This document shows positions 38,761 to 47,207 of a DNA stretch of 64,000 nucleotides, in pieces. This stretch comes from an uncultured Gemmatimonadaceae bacterium. GTDB lineage: Bacteria; Gemmatimonadota; Gemmatimonadetes; Gemmatimonadales; Gemmatimonadaceae. Each line of letters begins with the position of its first letter. Positions within the stretch are counted from its first letter, which is position 1. The translations under genes were made by a program, and so were the position numbers. Where the stretch lies: positions 134,999-198,998 of the forward strand of contig CAYYSP010000003.1 in assembly GCA_964474535.1 (NCBI GenBank), written 5' to 3'. Below the pieces are notes generated by a model. The model was not told the DNA's origin. It saw nothing but the letters and a program-made list of their open reading frames with translations, and ran no database searches.

Positions 38761-39827
38761 GTGCGGAGATATCTACCGACACAACGGTTAATAGATTCTT
38801 CCAGCTCACTAACACGATTCAATATGTCGTCGAACGTCGGCGTAGTATTGAAGAACATTCCCGACGCAATCATACTATTGAGGTCTACTCTAAGCGCGTT
38901 CAAAGACTCGTCGCTGCTCGGTACTAGCTTAAATTCGCCACCAAGGCACGCGCCATAATTAGCATGTTTACTCGGGAAGAATACTTCTTTATGCTTTACT
39001 ACATCTTTTAGCAAGGTGATATCCATTTTACTTCCATCCCCAAATAGATAGTCACCAAGTTTGGCAATATCATACCAATGCCGTGAGAGTCGCTCAGCGT
39101 TCGCACTAATTTTATTACTTTGACACTTCTCATGAATTAGAGTTGCTTTTTCCCAAAACGTACGTTCAGCTGATAGCACTGGTGCTTCCGCTTCGGGGAA
39201 CTTTAGCTCTGGTACATGAGTTGATATATCAGGTGATATACGAATGATTTCACTAGGATTGACAGTGTTCCGACCACCGAACTCTATCAGGATACTGCTG
39301 TCAACATAATCTTTCGAAGTTCCTTCTGATACTAGAACGCTTGGATAGTACAGCCTGAGACTCTCATTCTTTGCGTTAAGATCAATTCTGGCTTCGCGCG
39401 AACCAATTTCACGTTGAAGCTTGCTCTCAAGGTGAGGTTTCACAGTGCTCTCAACATAACTATTCACGCATTCCTTAATTTCTTTCCTTCTCCTTTCAAG
39501 GCGACTACGCGACATTCCTTTCTCGAATGGATTCATTGGCATGCCTAAAGATTGATGGTCGATAGTTACATCTACATCCTCCGAGAATCGCTCAATAATA
39601 TTGTACGCCTTTGATAGCGACGTGCCTCCTTTAAAGACCATTGGCAAGCGCGCCTGCATAGTAAAGAGCTCCTCCAATGCCCAGCAAACCCAAATATCCT
39701 TTTCCAGTATTACAGGACGTAGTCCAATGTCAGACGCGACTCTCCTAATAATTCCCGATTGCTCTGTTGGATCTAACTGCAGGAAAGACTCACTCACTTG
39801 TGATTGTCGGCTTGCATCGTATGACAA
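38757..39827 (-). CDS. Nucleotidyltransferase AbiEii/AbiGii family toxin (type IV TA / abortive infection)
   Basis: 356-aa ORF with VFKGGTSLSKAYNIIERFSEDVDVTI (pol-beta NTase GG/S...DxD signature of DUF1814/AbiEii). It overlaps the upstream AbiEi-like ORF by 38 nt. A hand-counted sample at 39001-39100 is 42% GC. Confidence 0.8.
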   Translation of the reverse strand: MSYDASRQSQVSESFLQLDPTEQSGIIRRVASDIGLRPVILEKDIWVCWALEELFTMQARLPMVFKGGTSLSKAYNIIERFSEDVDVTIDHQSLGMPMNPFEKGMSRSRLERRRKEIKECVNSYVESTVKPHLESKLQREIGSREARIDLNAKNESLRLYYPSVLVSEGTSKDYVDSSILIEFGGRNTVNPSEIIRISPDISTHVPELKFPEAEAPVLSAERTFWEKATLIHEKCQSNKISANAERLSRHWYDIAKLGDYLFGDGSKMDITLLKDVVKHKEVFFPSKHANYGACLGGEFKLVPSSDESLNALRVDLNSMIASGMFFNTTPTFDDILNRVSELEESINRCVGRYLRT

Positions 39828-40398
39828 CGTCGCTCATCCATGCAGGCATTGAACCTGCGGCTGACCTTAACACATTGAACTCCTCCGCACCGATTCTGTG
39901 GTATATCTGTCTAACTAATAAAGGGGTCACTTGAGTTTTGCCTAGGTACCACATTGCAGTTAGTGCCAGTCCGGCGGGACGTCCTGAGAGTGCCAGTTTC
40001 CTTTGACTAACGCGCTTTAGTTGTATTTCCATGTTCCCCAAACGCATTGACCTAGAAGGTCCGGAGGTAAGGTATATAACTCGGGTAGGTACCTGAGTAG
40101 TTAGCTCGAGCCTCCGCGCTGCCTCTGCACCATGCACTTGAATTTCAGCACCCAAACTTTTTACAACTGCTTCAGCGACCTTATACGGCTCAGGCGGGAC
40201 CAAACCAACAAACCGGTTTATCTCCGGACGTACAAAAACGCCGTGTAGAACGCGAACGATAGAACCCTCCTGAACCAACCGTGATAATGATTTATCAACG
40301 GACGCGCGCGTGCCGTACTCCAGAAACTGTTTCGATGTAAAAGGAGTGCCGCTGGCGTATCCTTGAACCTTCTCCCGGACAAGCTGATGTGTGCTCAT
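39790..40398 (-). CDS. AbiEi-like antitoxin/transcriptional regulator (DUF6088-like winged-helix protein)
   Basis: The start is taken at ATG 40398 (MSTHQLVREKV...). FTSKQFLEYGTRASVDKSLSRLVQEGSIVRVLHGVFVRP is the usual N-terminal wHTH pattern of AbiEii partners. Its position immediately upstream of, and overlapping, the NTase gene supports the call. Confidence 0.6.
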   Translation of the reverse strand: MSTHQLVREKVQGYASGTPFTSKQFLEYGTRASVDKSLSRLVQEGSIVRVLHGVFVRPEINRFVGLVPPEPYKVAEAVVKSLGAEIQVHGAEAARRLELTTQVPTRVIYLTSGPSRSMRLGNMEIQLKRVSQRKLALSGRPAGLALTAMWYLGKTQVTPLLVRQIYHRIGAEEFNVLRSAAGSMPAWMSDVVIRCKPTITSE

Positions 40399-40586
40399 GT
40401 CAGAAATATTAATATATTTTCGGACATAATGCAATGAAGACTATTGAGCCATGTGTTAAGTTTTGTTAATTTTACTATCTCAACGATCCCTATTTTAGTC
40501 CTTTAACAACAATTGACTCGAGGTTAAAAGAAATGGGTGACTTTCTATGAACTATCTGTTTCTACTGATTGAGAAGCTTGAAACCT

Positions 40587-41258
40587 TTAACTACCAGAGT
40601 CCACCACAGGATAAACCGCCTCACCCCATTCAACACCCGGATTACTCATCATCACGGAAATAATCAAAGGAGCTAGCTTCGCCAACAGTCTTGTACAATC
40701 GCGTAGCTGATCGCGGTTGACACTTCCATCCCAAGTTGCTCCACCATGTATTAGCTGATTTCTCAACGTATACATCCTATTGAAAATGATAGACAAAACA
40801 ATAGTAGTATTACCGTCTGCGAGTGCACGTTGCGCAGACTTTTTCGCGCCATCGAACCTACTTATCCACTCACCTTCGTTAATGCGGCCCCGCCGATACT
40901 CCCAGTAGTGATGAAACACGAACGGATTGTCCAAGAGTACTCGAATACTCCCGGAGAACTCATTCCAAACTAGGTTCTCAATGACATTGTCTGTATCAAG
41001 CTCACATATTTTATCGAGAAACACATTGAAGGTTGCCTTATCAGACGCACGCTCAATATCGTCGAACTCTTGAGCGTATGCAGCATTGAATGCGATCCAT
41101 AAAAAGATAAACTTGCCATCGATATCTTCGGCCTGCTCTGCCCTATTCAGCCAGCTAAGAGATCTGTGAATGCGAAGGGTTAGTGCGGAAGGGTGATCGT
41201 TACGCACAACTCGGTGTTGCTGCTTTAGGGATGCATGGGAGAGGGGTATCGTTGTCAT
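40587..41258 (-). CDS. Stand-alone HEPN-like protein (Rx4H motif)
   Basis: The track ORF runs to 41363 but would cover the tmRNA 3' end and terminator, so it is trimmed to ATG 41258 (MTTIPLSH; alternative 41288). All-helical by eye, with FIFLWIAFNAAYA and YTLRNQLIHGGATW (R-x4-H, the HEPN RNase signature). The subfamily is not identified. Confidence 0.55.
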   Translation of the reverse strand: MTTIPLSHASLKQQHRVVRNDHPSALTLRIHRSLSWLNRAEQAEDIDGKFIFLWIAFNAAYAQEFDDIERASDKATFNVFLDKICELDTDNVIENLVWNEFSGSIRVLLDNPFVFHHYWEYRRGRINEGEWISRFDGAKKSAQRALADGNTTIVLSIIFNRMYTLRNQLIHGGATWDGSVNRDQLRDCTRLLAKLAPLIISVMMSNPGVEWGEAVYPVVDSGS

Positions 41259-41288
41259 ATCATGTCTTAATAAGAGTGTCCTAGACAT

Positions 41289-41317
41289 AAAAAGGCCCCA
41301 GCTTATCAGCCGAGGCC
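41289..41317 (-). terminator. Rho-independent terminator of ssrA
   Basis: The minus strand reads GGCCTCGGC-TGATAA-GCTGGGGCC followed by TTTTT. This is a 9-bp stem (two G-U pairs) starting 10 nt after the tmRNA 3' end. Confidence 0.6.
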
Positions 41318-41327
41318 TTTTACTAAG

Positions 41328-41683
41328 TGGAGGTGAGGGGAATCGAACCCCTGTCCGAGACAAGATCGACCACAGCGTCTACGTGCGTATTCTGCTGATT
41401 GATGTCTCCGTCTGCTGGCCAACAGAAAGCCCACATCCGGACAAGCCTGCTTTAACTTCGCCTAACGGTCACAGACGTACCGCTAGACTAGCCCAACTTT
41501 TCGATACTCACGTGCCGCCTCGGGCGGGCTGCCTCGTGAGCACTGCCGGGGTAACCCTAAGGTTACGCGGCGAGCGCCAGGTTGTTGTTGGCGATTGTGA
41601 TTTTCCCGAGTGTTTTACCAGGTGCTCGAGGACCTGGGCACGCAGCCACGGCTTCACCAACCCCGTCGAAGCCAGTCACCCCC
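41328..41683 (-). ncRNA. ssrA: tmRNA (SsrA), tag peptide ANNNLALAA
   Basis: The minus strand begins GGGGGUGACUGGCUUCGACGGGG and ends GGACAGGGGUUCGAUUCCCCUCACCUCCA. The acceptor stem has the G3-U pair. The internal reading frame GCC AAC AAC AAC CUG GCG CUC GCC GCG UAA lies at 41592-41563. Length 356 nt. The 3' CCA is not fully encoded (genome reads A-CTT). Confidence 0.92.
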
Positions 41684-41813
41684 TAATTACTGCTCTTCCT
41701 ATACACTACACGCTTGAATCCAGTTCCGGCAACCTCCTGCACCTCTTTTAACTCGCCAGTTTCTCTCTTACCTATCACCGCCGCTCATTCCTACGTCTAC
41801 CGCCAACCTACCC

Positions 41814-42806
41814 CTACCCCTCCACAGCCACCGACTCCGTCTCCTCCAAATACCGCTCGAATATCTCCGGAACCTCGTTAAAGCTACGCACTTGATGCAG
41901 CTGCTTCCTCAACTCCGCTGAGTTATACAACCCTTTTACGTACCACCCCAAATGCTTTCTAAACTCCATTGCCGCGCCATCAGGGTCGGGCTCGTATTGC
42001 TGAACCATTCGAACATGACTTAACGCTATCTCGAAACGCTCACGAACTCCCGGTGTAGCCGGCATCTCCTCACCGTTTAGCAACGCTCTCGTTTGACGAA
42101 ATATCCACGGCTGCCCAAACGATCCGCGACCAATCATTATCCCGCCACAGCGGGTGTGCTCGTACATACGAACTGCGTCGTGCGCGTTCTTTATATCACC
42201 GTTGCCCAGCACTGGCACACTAACCGCTTCCGCAACGGCCGCTATCTCGTCCCAGTTTGCGTTGCCACTATACATCTGCGTTCTTGTGCGTGCGTGAAGC
42301 GCTATTACACGCGCACCAGCGTCCTGACACCTAAGAGCAATTCCCACTGGGTCGCGCATTTCTTCGCTCCAACCGCTGCGAATCTTGCACGTTACGGGCA
42401 GCTCAGTAGCGCGAGATACAGCTCTAATAATGTCTTGCACTAACCCCAAATCTTTAAGGCACCCCGAGCCGCCGTTGCGTCGCACGACTTTCTTTACCGG
42501 ACAGCCGAAGTTTATGTCGACAAAGTCTGGGTGAAATAGGTCGGTGACAAGCGCGGCCGCGTCGGCCATGGAACTGGGGTCGGACCCGAATATCTGGACC
42601 CCGACCGGGCGCTCGTCGGCCCCAAATCTTAGCTTCTCCAATGTGGCCGGGTTCTCGCGCCTTATACCCTCGGCGGACAAGAACTCCGTCACCACAACGT
42701 CGGCACCATGCGCGTGGCACAGGCGCCTAAATGGCGACTCCGATACACCGGCCATTGGCGCCAGATATAGCGGAACAGAATGCTGGGTTGGGAATGGAAA
42801 GGTCAT
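41814..42806 (-). CDS. dusB: tRNA-dihydrouridine synthase (DusB-like)
   Basis: The start is taken at ATG 42806 (MTFPFPTQHSVPLYLAPMAGVSESPFRRLC). INFGCPVKKV (catalytic Cys) and HARTRTQMYSG follow. Confidence 0.85.
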   Translation of the reverse strand: MTFPFPTQHSVPLYLAPMAGVSESPFRRLCHAHGADVVVTEFLSAEGIRRENPATLEKLRFGADERPVGVQIFGSDPSSMADAAALVTDLFHPDFVDINFGCPVKKVVRRNGGSGCLKDLGLVQDIIRAVSRATELPVTCKIRSGWSEEMRDPVGIALRCQDAGARVIALHARTRTQMYSGNANWDEIAAVAEAVSVPVLGNGDIKNAHDAVRMYEHTRCGGIMIGRGSFGQPWIFRQTRALLNGEEMPATPGVRERFEIALSHVRMVQQYEPDPDGAAMEFRKHLGWYVKGLYNSAELRKQLHQVRSFNEVPEIFERYLEETESVAVEG

Positions 42807-42898
42807 GTTTGCCCTATCATTAAAAGCTACTGGGTTCTGGTGCGCAGAGCAACGTAAAATGTTTGACAGAGTCAGTTTTGGAGTTATCATGAAGGGCT

Positions 42899-43351
42899 AT
42901 GGAACTACGCGAGTTCTTTTCCGAAGATGCAGTCCAGCTTGAGCTTCAGGGCACAACCAAGGACGAAATTCTCAGAGAACTCATCGGCCTACTTGGCCTA
43001 GATGAGAAGTCTGAAAGCATGCTGTACAAGATGCTTAAGCGCAGGGAAAACCTGGGCTCTACTGGCATTGGCCGCGGCATCGCTATCCCCCACTGTCGCT
43101 CGCTGGTCGTTAACAGGCTGCGCGTTGCTTTTGGACGCAAAAAGTCTGGTGTCGACTTTAAAGCTATCGACGACAAACCCGTTCAGTTTTTCTTCCTGAT
43201 TGTCGCACCACCACTTGAGGTGTCCAATCAGTATCTACCAGTACTCGGCAAAATTGCTCAGTTCTCTAAAGAGTCTGACGTGCCAGGGAGACTGCTCGAG
43301 ATGACTGAACCTGCTCAGTTTATGGCGCTTCTCGAAGAGAAGAATCTGTAG
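42899..43351 (+). CDS. ptsN: PTS EIIA type-2 domain protein (PtsN/EIIA-Ntr-like)
   Basis: 150-aa ORF with LGSTGIGRGIAIPHCRS (phosphorylatable His context) and FFFLIVAP. No other PTS gene or rpoN gene is in the window. Confidence 0.7.
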   Translation: MELREFFSEDAVQLELQGTTKDEILRELIGLLGLDEKSESMLYKMLKRRENLGSTGIGRGIAIPHCRSLVVNRLRVAFGRKKSGVDFKAIDDKPVQFFFLIVAPPLEVSNQYLPVLGKIAQFSKESDVPGRLLEMTEPAQFMALLEEKNL

Positions 43352-44714
43352 CAACTGTTGGCGCGCGTTCGTCGTCAATACGAACGCGCGTAATGTCTTT
43401 ACGTAGTCTAAACCACGCCCTAAGGCTTTGAAGTATCGCAGCTACTGCTAGTCCAACAACTAGCCCCCACCATAGCCCACTTTCACGGAGTTCGGTGCGA
43501 AAGCCTAGCCACATGCCAAGCGGTATTCCAAAACCCCAAAATGCTAAGATGTGAAGTAACGCAGGTATTCGCGTATCACCCGTAGCTCGCAACACTCCAC
43601 TTGTAACTGCTTGTGTACCGTCAAATATCTGAAACACACCCGCTAATGGTATTAACGATGTAGCCACCGCTAATGTCGCCGCTTCTTTTGTATAAAGACC
43701 AGCAAGGAAATTGGGAAATAGAATGAACACTGCCGCGCTTGCAGACATGAATCCGACGCCGCATGAAATGGCCAGCAACGCGTCGCGTCTAGCAGCTACC
43801 ATATCGTTGCGACCTATCGCACGACCAACAACTGCTGCAGCAGCACCAGAGATACCTAATGGTACCATGAACGTTAGCGCCGCCATGTTGAGCGCTATTT
43901 CATGTCCCGCGAGCGACGCCGTGCCCATCCAACCCATGAATACCGCAGTTATCCCAAAGGCGAAGCTCTCAAAAAACCACTGAGTGCCTATTGGTATACC
44001 GATCCACGATATTCGACGAAGCGCGACCCAATCGAGTACACGAGAGCTCCAAGGCGTTAAAGTGGGACGCAAATAGCGCCACGATATGAAAAGCAGTACC
44101 GCCGCCATAAACCACATTGACAGCGCAGTTGCCACGCCAGAACCAACCACTCCGTAAGCAGGAAAACCAAACTTACCAAACACCAATACCCAGTTAGCAA
44201 CAAGGTTAACAACGTTTGCTAACAACACCGCGACAACTATAGGGCGCACGCGTCCCATTGCTTGCAACGTCTGACGCATAACGTTGAAGTACATAAAGGG
44301 CAACGCACCTAACAGTCGACGCCGCGTGTACTCCGCAGTTGGAGTAACCACCTCGTCGGGCTGATTAAGGAAGGACAACACTAACTCGCCCGGTGTTAGT
44401 GCAATCATTACAACAATCGCAACTATGGTAGCAAGAACAAATCCTCGTTGCACTCCAAGTGCAACCGCTGGTCTGTCACCCGCACCAACAGCTTGAGCAA
44501 TTATTGGATCGAGTGCAAACAGCAGCCCCATACCGAAGGCCGCAACGTTGAAGAAATAGAAGTTTCCAAGCCCAACTGCAGCGATGGCCTCCCCACCCAA
44601 ACGTCCAACCATGAAGATGTCAACGACACCCATGGCTTGCACTCCAACGTTCACCAAAACAATTGGCGCGGCAAAGCGCGCCATGTCACGTAGGTCAGCT
44701 GCGAAGGCCTTCAT
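43320..44714 (-). CDS. MATE family efflux transporter
   Basis: 464-aa polytopic ORF (about 12 TM helices) with the N-terminal pattern PIVLVNVGVQAMGVVDIFMVGRLG typical of MATE/NorM. Its 3' end overlaps the ptsN-like gene convergently by 32 nt. Confidence 0.85.
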   Translation of the reverse strand: MKAFAADLRDMARFAAPIVLVNVGVQAMGVVDIFMVGRLGGEAIAAVGLGNFYFFNVAAFGMGLLFALDPIIAQAVGAGDRPAVALGVQRGFVLATIVAIVVMIALTPGELVLSFLNQPDEVVTPTAEYTRRRLLGALPFMYFNVMRQTLQAMGRVRPIVVAVLLANVVNLVANWVLVFGKFGFPAYGVVGSGVATALSMWFMAAVLLFISWRYLRPTLTPWSSRVLDWVALRRISWIGIPIGTQWFFESFAFGITAVFMGWMGTASLAGHEIALNMAALTFMVPLGISGAAAAVVGRAIGRNDMVAARRDALLAISCGVGFMSASAAVFILFPNFLAGLYTKEAATLAVATSLIPLAGVFQIFDGTQAVTSGVLRATGDTRIPALLHILAFWGFGIPLGMWLGFRTELRESGLWWGLVVGLAVAAILQSLRAWFRLRKDITRVRIDDERAPTVATDSSLREAP

Positions 44715-44782
44715 ACTCTAAAGATATACGCACTAACTCTGTTATCGACTCTAACTTTGAAATGAGCCGAGGAACGACTACT

Positions 44783-45334
44783 TCAATAAATCAAAGATCT
44801 TAACTCCCTTACTGCCATCGCCTTCGGATGCCGCATGCCCTGCTTCGCTAAGTTCACCTGCAGAGCAACTAACGCAACATCCAAAATATTCTTTGTAATC
44901 ACGTAACTACCCTTGGCCTGCAACCAATCCAGCACATCCGCCAAATGCCAGATAGACGTACTACCCTCATGCACTGGCACCGGGAAGCTATCCGAGTGAA
45001 CCAACATAAGCTTACGCATGTTCTGTCGCGACACGCCAACTATCTCCGCCACGTCTGTCAAACCAACTAGATCAGGCGCCACCTCAATAAGTCGTGCCAA
45101 GGGAATTGCAGTGCGTACGTCCGCCAGAGCACTGCGCACTGCCTCATCCGCGCTGAATGCCTCTCTTGTGAACTCCATAGCTAAACGGCCAGACTGACCA
45201 ATGCCCACCAACGCATCATCACACCCGGCCTCACCAAGACGTTCAACCAACGCATCCAAATCGTCATCGTCGTTCGCAAGCTGGTACTTCAATGTGAACA
45301 TGAACTCCATCGCGCTATCCGTGGGCTTCATCAT
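44783..45334 (-). CDS. HTH DNA-binding protein, HicB-like antitoxin candidate
   Basis: N-terminal FMFTLKYQL...ALVERLGEAGCDDALVGIGQSGRLAMEFTREA, then the HTH LTDVAEIVGVSRQNMRKLM. I recall this architecture as a common DNA-binding partner of HicA-like genes. The start may be ATG 45310 (MEFMF). Confidence 0.5.
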   Translation of the reverse strand: MMKPTDSAMEFMFTLKYQLANDDDDLDALVERLGEAGCDDALVGIGQSGRLAMEFTREAFSADEAVRSALADVRTAIPLARLIEVAPDLVGLTDVAEIVGVSRQNMRKLMLVHSDSFPVPVHEGSTSIWHLADVLDWLQAKGSYVITKNILDVALVALQVNLAKQGMRHPKAMAVRELRSLIY

Positions 45335-45647
45335 CGATCTCCGTCAGTTTGCGATGCGCTGTGCATCTATCCACCACGCGTCTAAGGGCACGTGCGTGGT
45401 TGGTGGGACTTCTCGGCGTACTCCACACACTGGTGATGCAGAACTCGCCACAACGGCACTCGCTGTCGTCGTACGGGCAATAGATCCGTCCCCACGCATG
45501 ACTACCTCCGACCGCAACACGCCAACCTTGCTCCTCAGCGTGCCTCAAAGCCTCCTCGATCTCCTTCTTAGAATGACGAGGGCGCGCCACCAACGTCTCC
45601 AGTATACCTGCGTCGGAAACGGTTGTCAAGCGACAACCACGCCCCAC
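45315..45647 (-). CDS. Small Cys-rich protein with a HicA-like core (toxin candidate)
   Basis: SKKEIEEALRHAEEQGWRVAVGGSHAWGRIYCP resembles the HicA dsRBD-like core (K.E...L...GW....GSH). A CPx5CxCx3C cluster and WSTPRSPTNHARALRRVV follow. The likely true start is GTG 45590 (VARPRHSKK). Family call by eye only. Confidence 0.35.
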   Translation of the reverse strand: MGRGCRLTTVSDAGILETLVARPRHSKKEIEEALRHAEEQGWRVAVGGSHAWGRIYCPYDDSECRCGEFCITSVWSTPRSPTNHARALRRVVDRCTAHRKLTEIDDEAHG

Positions 45648-45653
45648 CCTGCA

Positions 45654-47207
45654 TCACTCCCACTCGATCGTCGCAGGTGGCTTCGAACTGATGTCGTAAA
45701 CAACCCTATTCACACCATCAACTTCGTTGATAATGCGGTTCGAAATGCGGGCCAACACCTCATGCGGGAACGCAAACCAATCGGCGGTCATTCCATCGGT
45801 ACTCGTTACCGCGCGAAGCGCTATCACATTCTCATACGTGCGTCCGTCGCCCATAACTCCTACCGACCGAACCGGCAAAAACACTGCGAACGCTTGCCAT
45901 ATGTTTTCATACAAACCGGCAGCGTGAATTTCTTCCAAGTATATCGCGTCCGAGCGACGAAGTACGTTAAGCGCATGCTCTGTAACCTCGCCCAATATGC
46001 GTATCGCCAACCCCGGTCCAGGAAACGGATGACGATCAACCATTTCTTCGGGAAGACCCAACTCGCGACCCACGTTGCGAACTTCGTCTTTGAATAGTTC
46101 GCGCAATGGTTCAATAAGTTTGAACTTCATGTCGGGCTTTAACCCGCCCACGTTATGATGTGTTTTTATAGTGGCGCTTTTACCACCTTTTGCACTAACT
46201 GACTCGATTACGTCTGGATACAATGTACCCTGCACCAAAAACTCAGCGCCGCTTCCGGCTTCTGCCGTTGCGTCTTCGAATACGTCTATAAACGTATGAC
46301 CAATTATCTTGCGCTTGGTTTCAGGCTCGGATACAGAAGCAAGTGCGTTTAAGAAGCGACCTTCTGCGCGAACTGTAACGAGCTTAATGCCGAGGTGAGC
46401 TTGCATTGTTCGCTCTACCTGCTGGCGTTCGTGCAAACGCAACAAGCCGGTGTCGACAAAAATGCATGTTAACTGATCACCAATTGCACGGTGTACAAGT
46501 GCCGCTGCAACGCTAGAATCTACGCCGCCAGAAAGCCCGCATATAACCTGCTTATTGCCTACAACTTCACGTATGCGCGCAACTTCCTGATCTATGAAAT
46601 GACCAGCTGTCCAGTCGGGCTTGCAACCGCAAATGTTAAACAGAAAGTTCTCGATTATCTCAGCGCCACGAACTGTGTGCGCGACCTCTGAATGAAACTG
46701 CACTGCATGAACTGGTCGTGTCGAATGCCTAAACGCTGCAACAACATTACCGCTACGTGCGGTTGCAACAAACCCAGCGGGGACCTGCTCTACATGGTCG
46801 GCATGACTCATCCATACAACAGTCTGCTCGTCCTTATCGAAGCCAGCAAACAAACCAGAGTTGTCAACAACTTGCACCTCAGCTCTTCCGTACTCGCGCT
46901 TACCAGTTTTTACAACTTGTCCGCCCTCTAGATGAGCTATGAGTTGCATGCCGTAACAAACACCAAGCACTGGAGCTTCATTAAGTAGCTCCCTTGGCAC
47001 TGTTGGCGCATCAACGTCGGTGACAGAACTGGGACCGCCCGACAACACTATTCCATCGGGTTTCCAATCCCGAATGAACTCCAGTGACTTGTCGGCTGGA
47101 TGAATCTCGCAGTACACTTTCGCTTCACGCACGCGACGCGCTATTAGCTGAGTGAACTGCGAACCGCAGTCGAGTATTAGTATGCGACTTCCGGTTACCA
47201 TTGCCAC
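45654..47207 (-). CDS. guaA: Glutamine-hydrolysing GMP synthase
   Basis: GATase GVCYGMQ, ATP-PPase SGGVDSS and C-terminal KPPATIEWE, 517 aa. Confidence 0.95.
   Translation of the reverse strand: MAMVTGSRILILDCGSQFTQLIARRVREAKVYCEIHPADKSLEFIRDWKPDGIVLSGGPSSVTDVDAPTVPRELLNEAPVLGVCYGMQLIAHLEGGQVVKTGKREYGRAEVQVVDNSGLFAGFDKDEQTVVWMSHADHVEQVPAGFVATARSGNVVAAFRHSTRPVHAVQFHSEVAHTVRGAEIIENFLFNICGCKPDWTAGHFIDQEVARIREVVGNKQVICGLSGGVDSSVAAALVHRAIGDQLTCIFVDTGLLRLHERQQVERTMQAHLGIKLVTVRAEGRFLNALASVSEPETKRKIIGHTFIDVFEDATAEAGSGAEFLVQGTLYPDVIESVSAKGGKSATIKTHHNVGGLKPDMKFKLIEPLRELFKDEVRNVGRELGLPEEMVDRHPFPGPGLAIRILGEVTEHALNVLRRSDAIYLEEIHAAGLYENIWQAFAVFLPVRSVGVMGDGRTYENVIALRAVTSTDGMTADWFAFPHEVLARISNRIINEVDGVNRVVYDISSKPPATIEWE

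Noticed and set aside
40454-40469. GTTAAG-N4-GTTAAT direct repeat in the AT-rich spacer upstream of the AbiEi-like gene, a possible autoregulation site
   Set aside because: The repeat is too short and too AT-rich to distinguish from chance in a 33% GC spacer. No clear -35/-10 context was identified.
38152-41327. Integrase, att direct repeat of the tmRNA 3' end, or IS/transposase marking a mobile island at ssrA
   Set aside because: I looked for a second copy of the tmRNA 3' segment (ggaatcgaacccc / tggaggtgagg) at the far border and in the spacers, and for recombinase-like ORFs. None was seen. The ssrA terminator is intact, so the patch is adjacent to ssrA and not integrated into it. I do not call a mobile element.
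41259-41363. N-terminal 35 codons of the 258-aa ORF 40587-41363 (MSRTGVRFPSPPLSKRPRLISWGLF...)
   Set aside because: This part reads through the ssrA terminator hairpin and the tmRNA acceptor/T-arm. I trimmed the gene to an internal ATG (41258, or possibly 41288).
41383-41751. 122-aa plus-strand ORF in the track
   Set aside because: It lies entirely antisense to the tmRNA gene (41328-41683). The RNA structure and tag frame explain the region, so the ORF is a by-product of the GC-rich structured RNA.
45201-46097. 298-aa plus-strand ORF, the longest unexplained ORF in the track
   Set aside because: It is antisense to guaA, the HicA-like ORF and the HTH ORF, all of which have recognisable motifs. 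Its translation is low-complexity (Ser/Arg/Thr-rich) with no motif. This is a typical shadow ORF.
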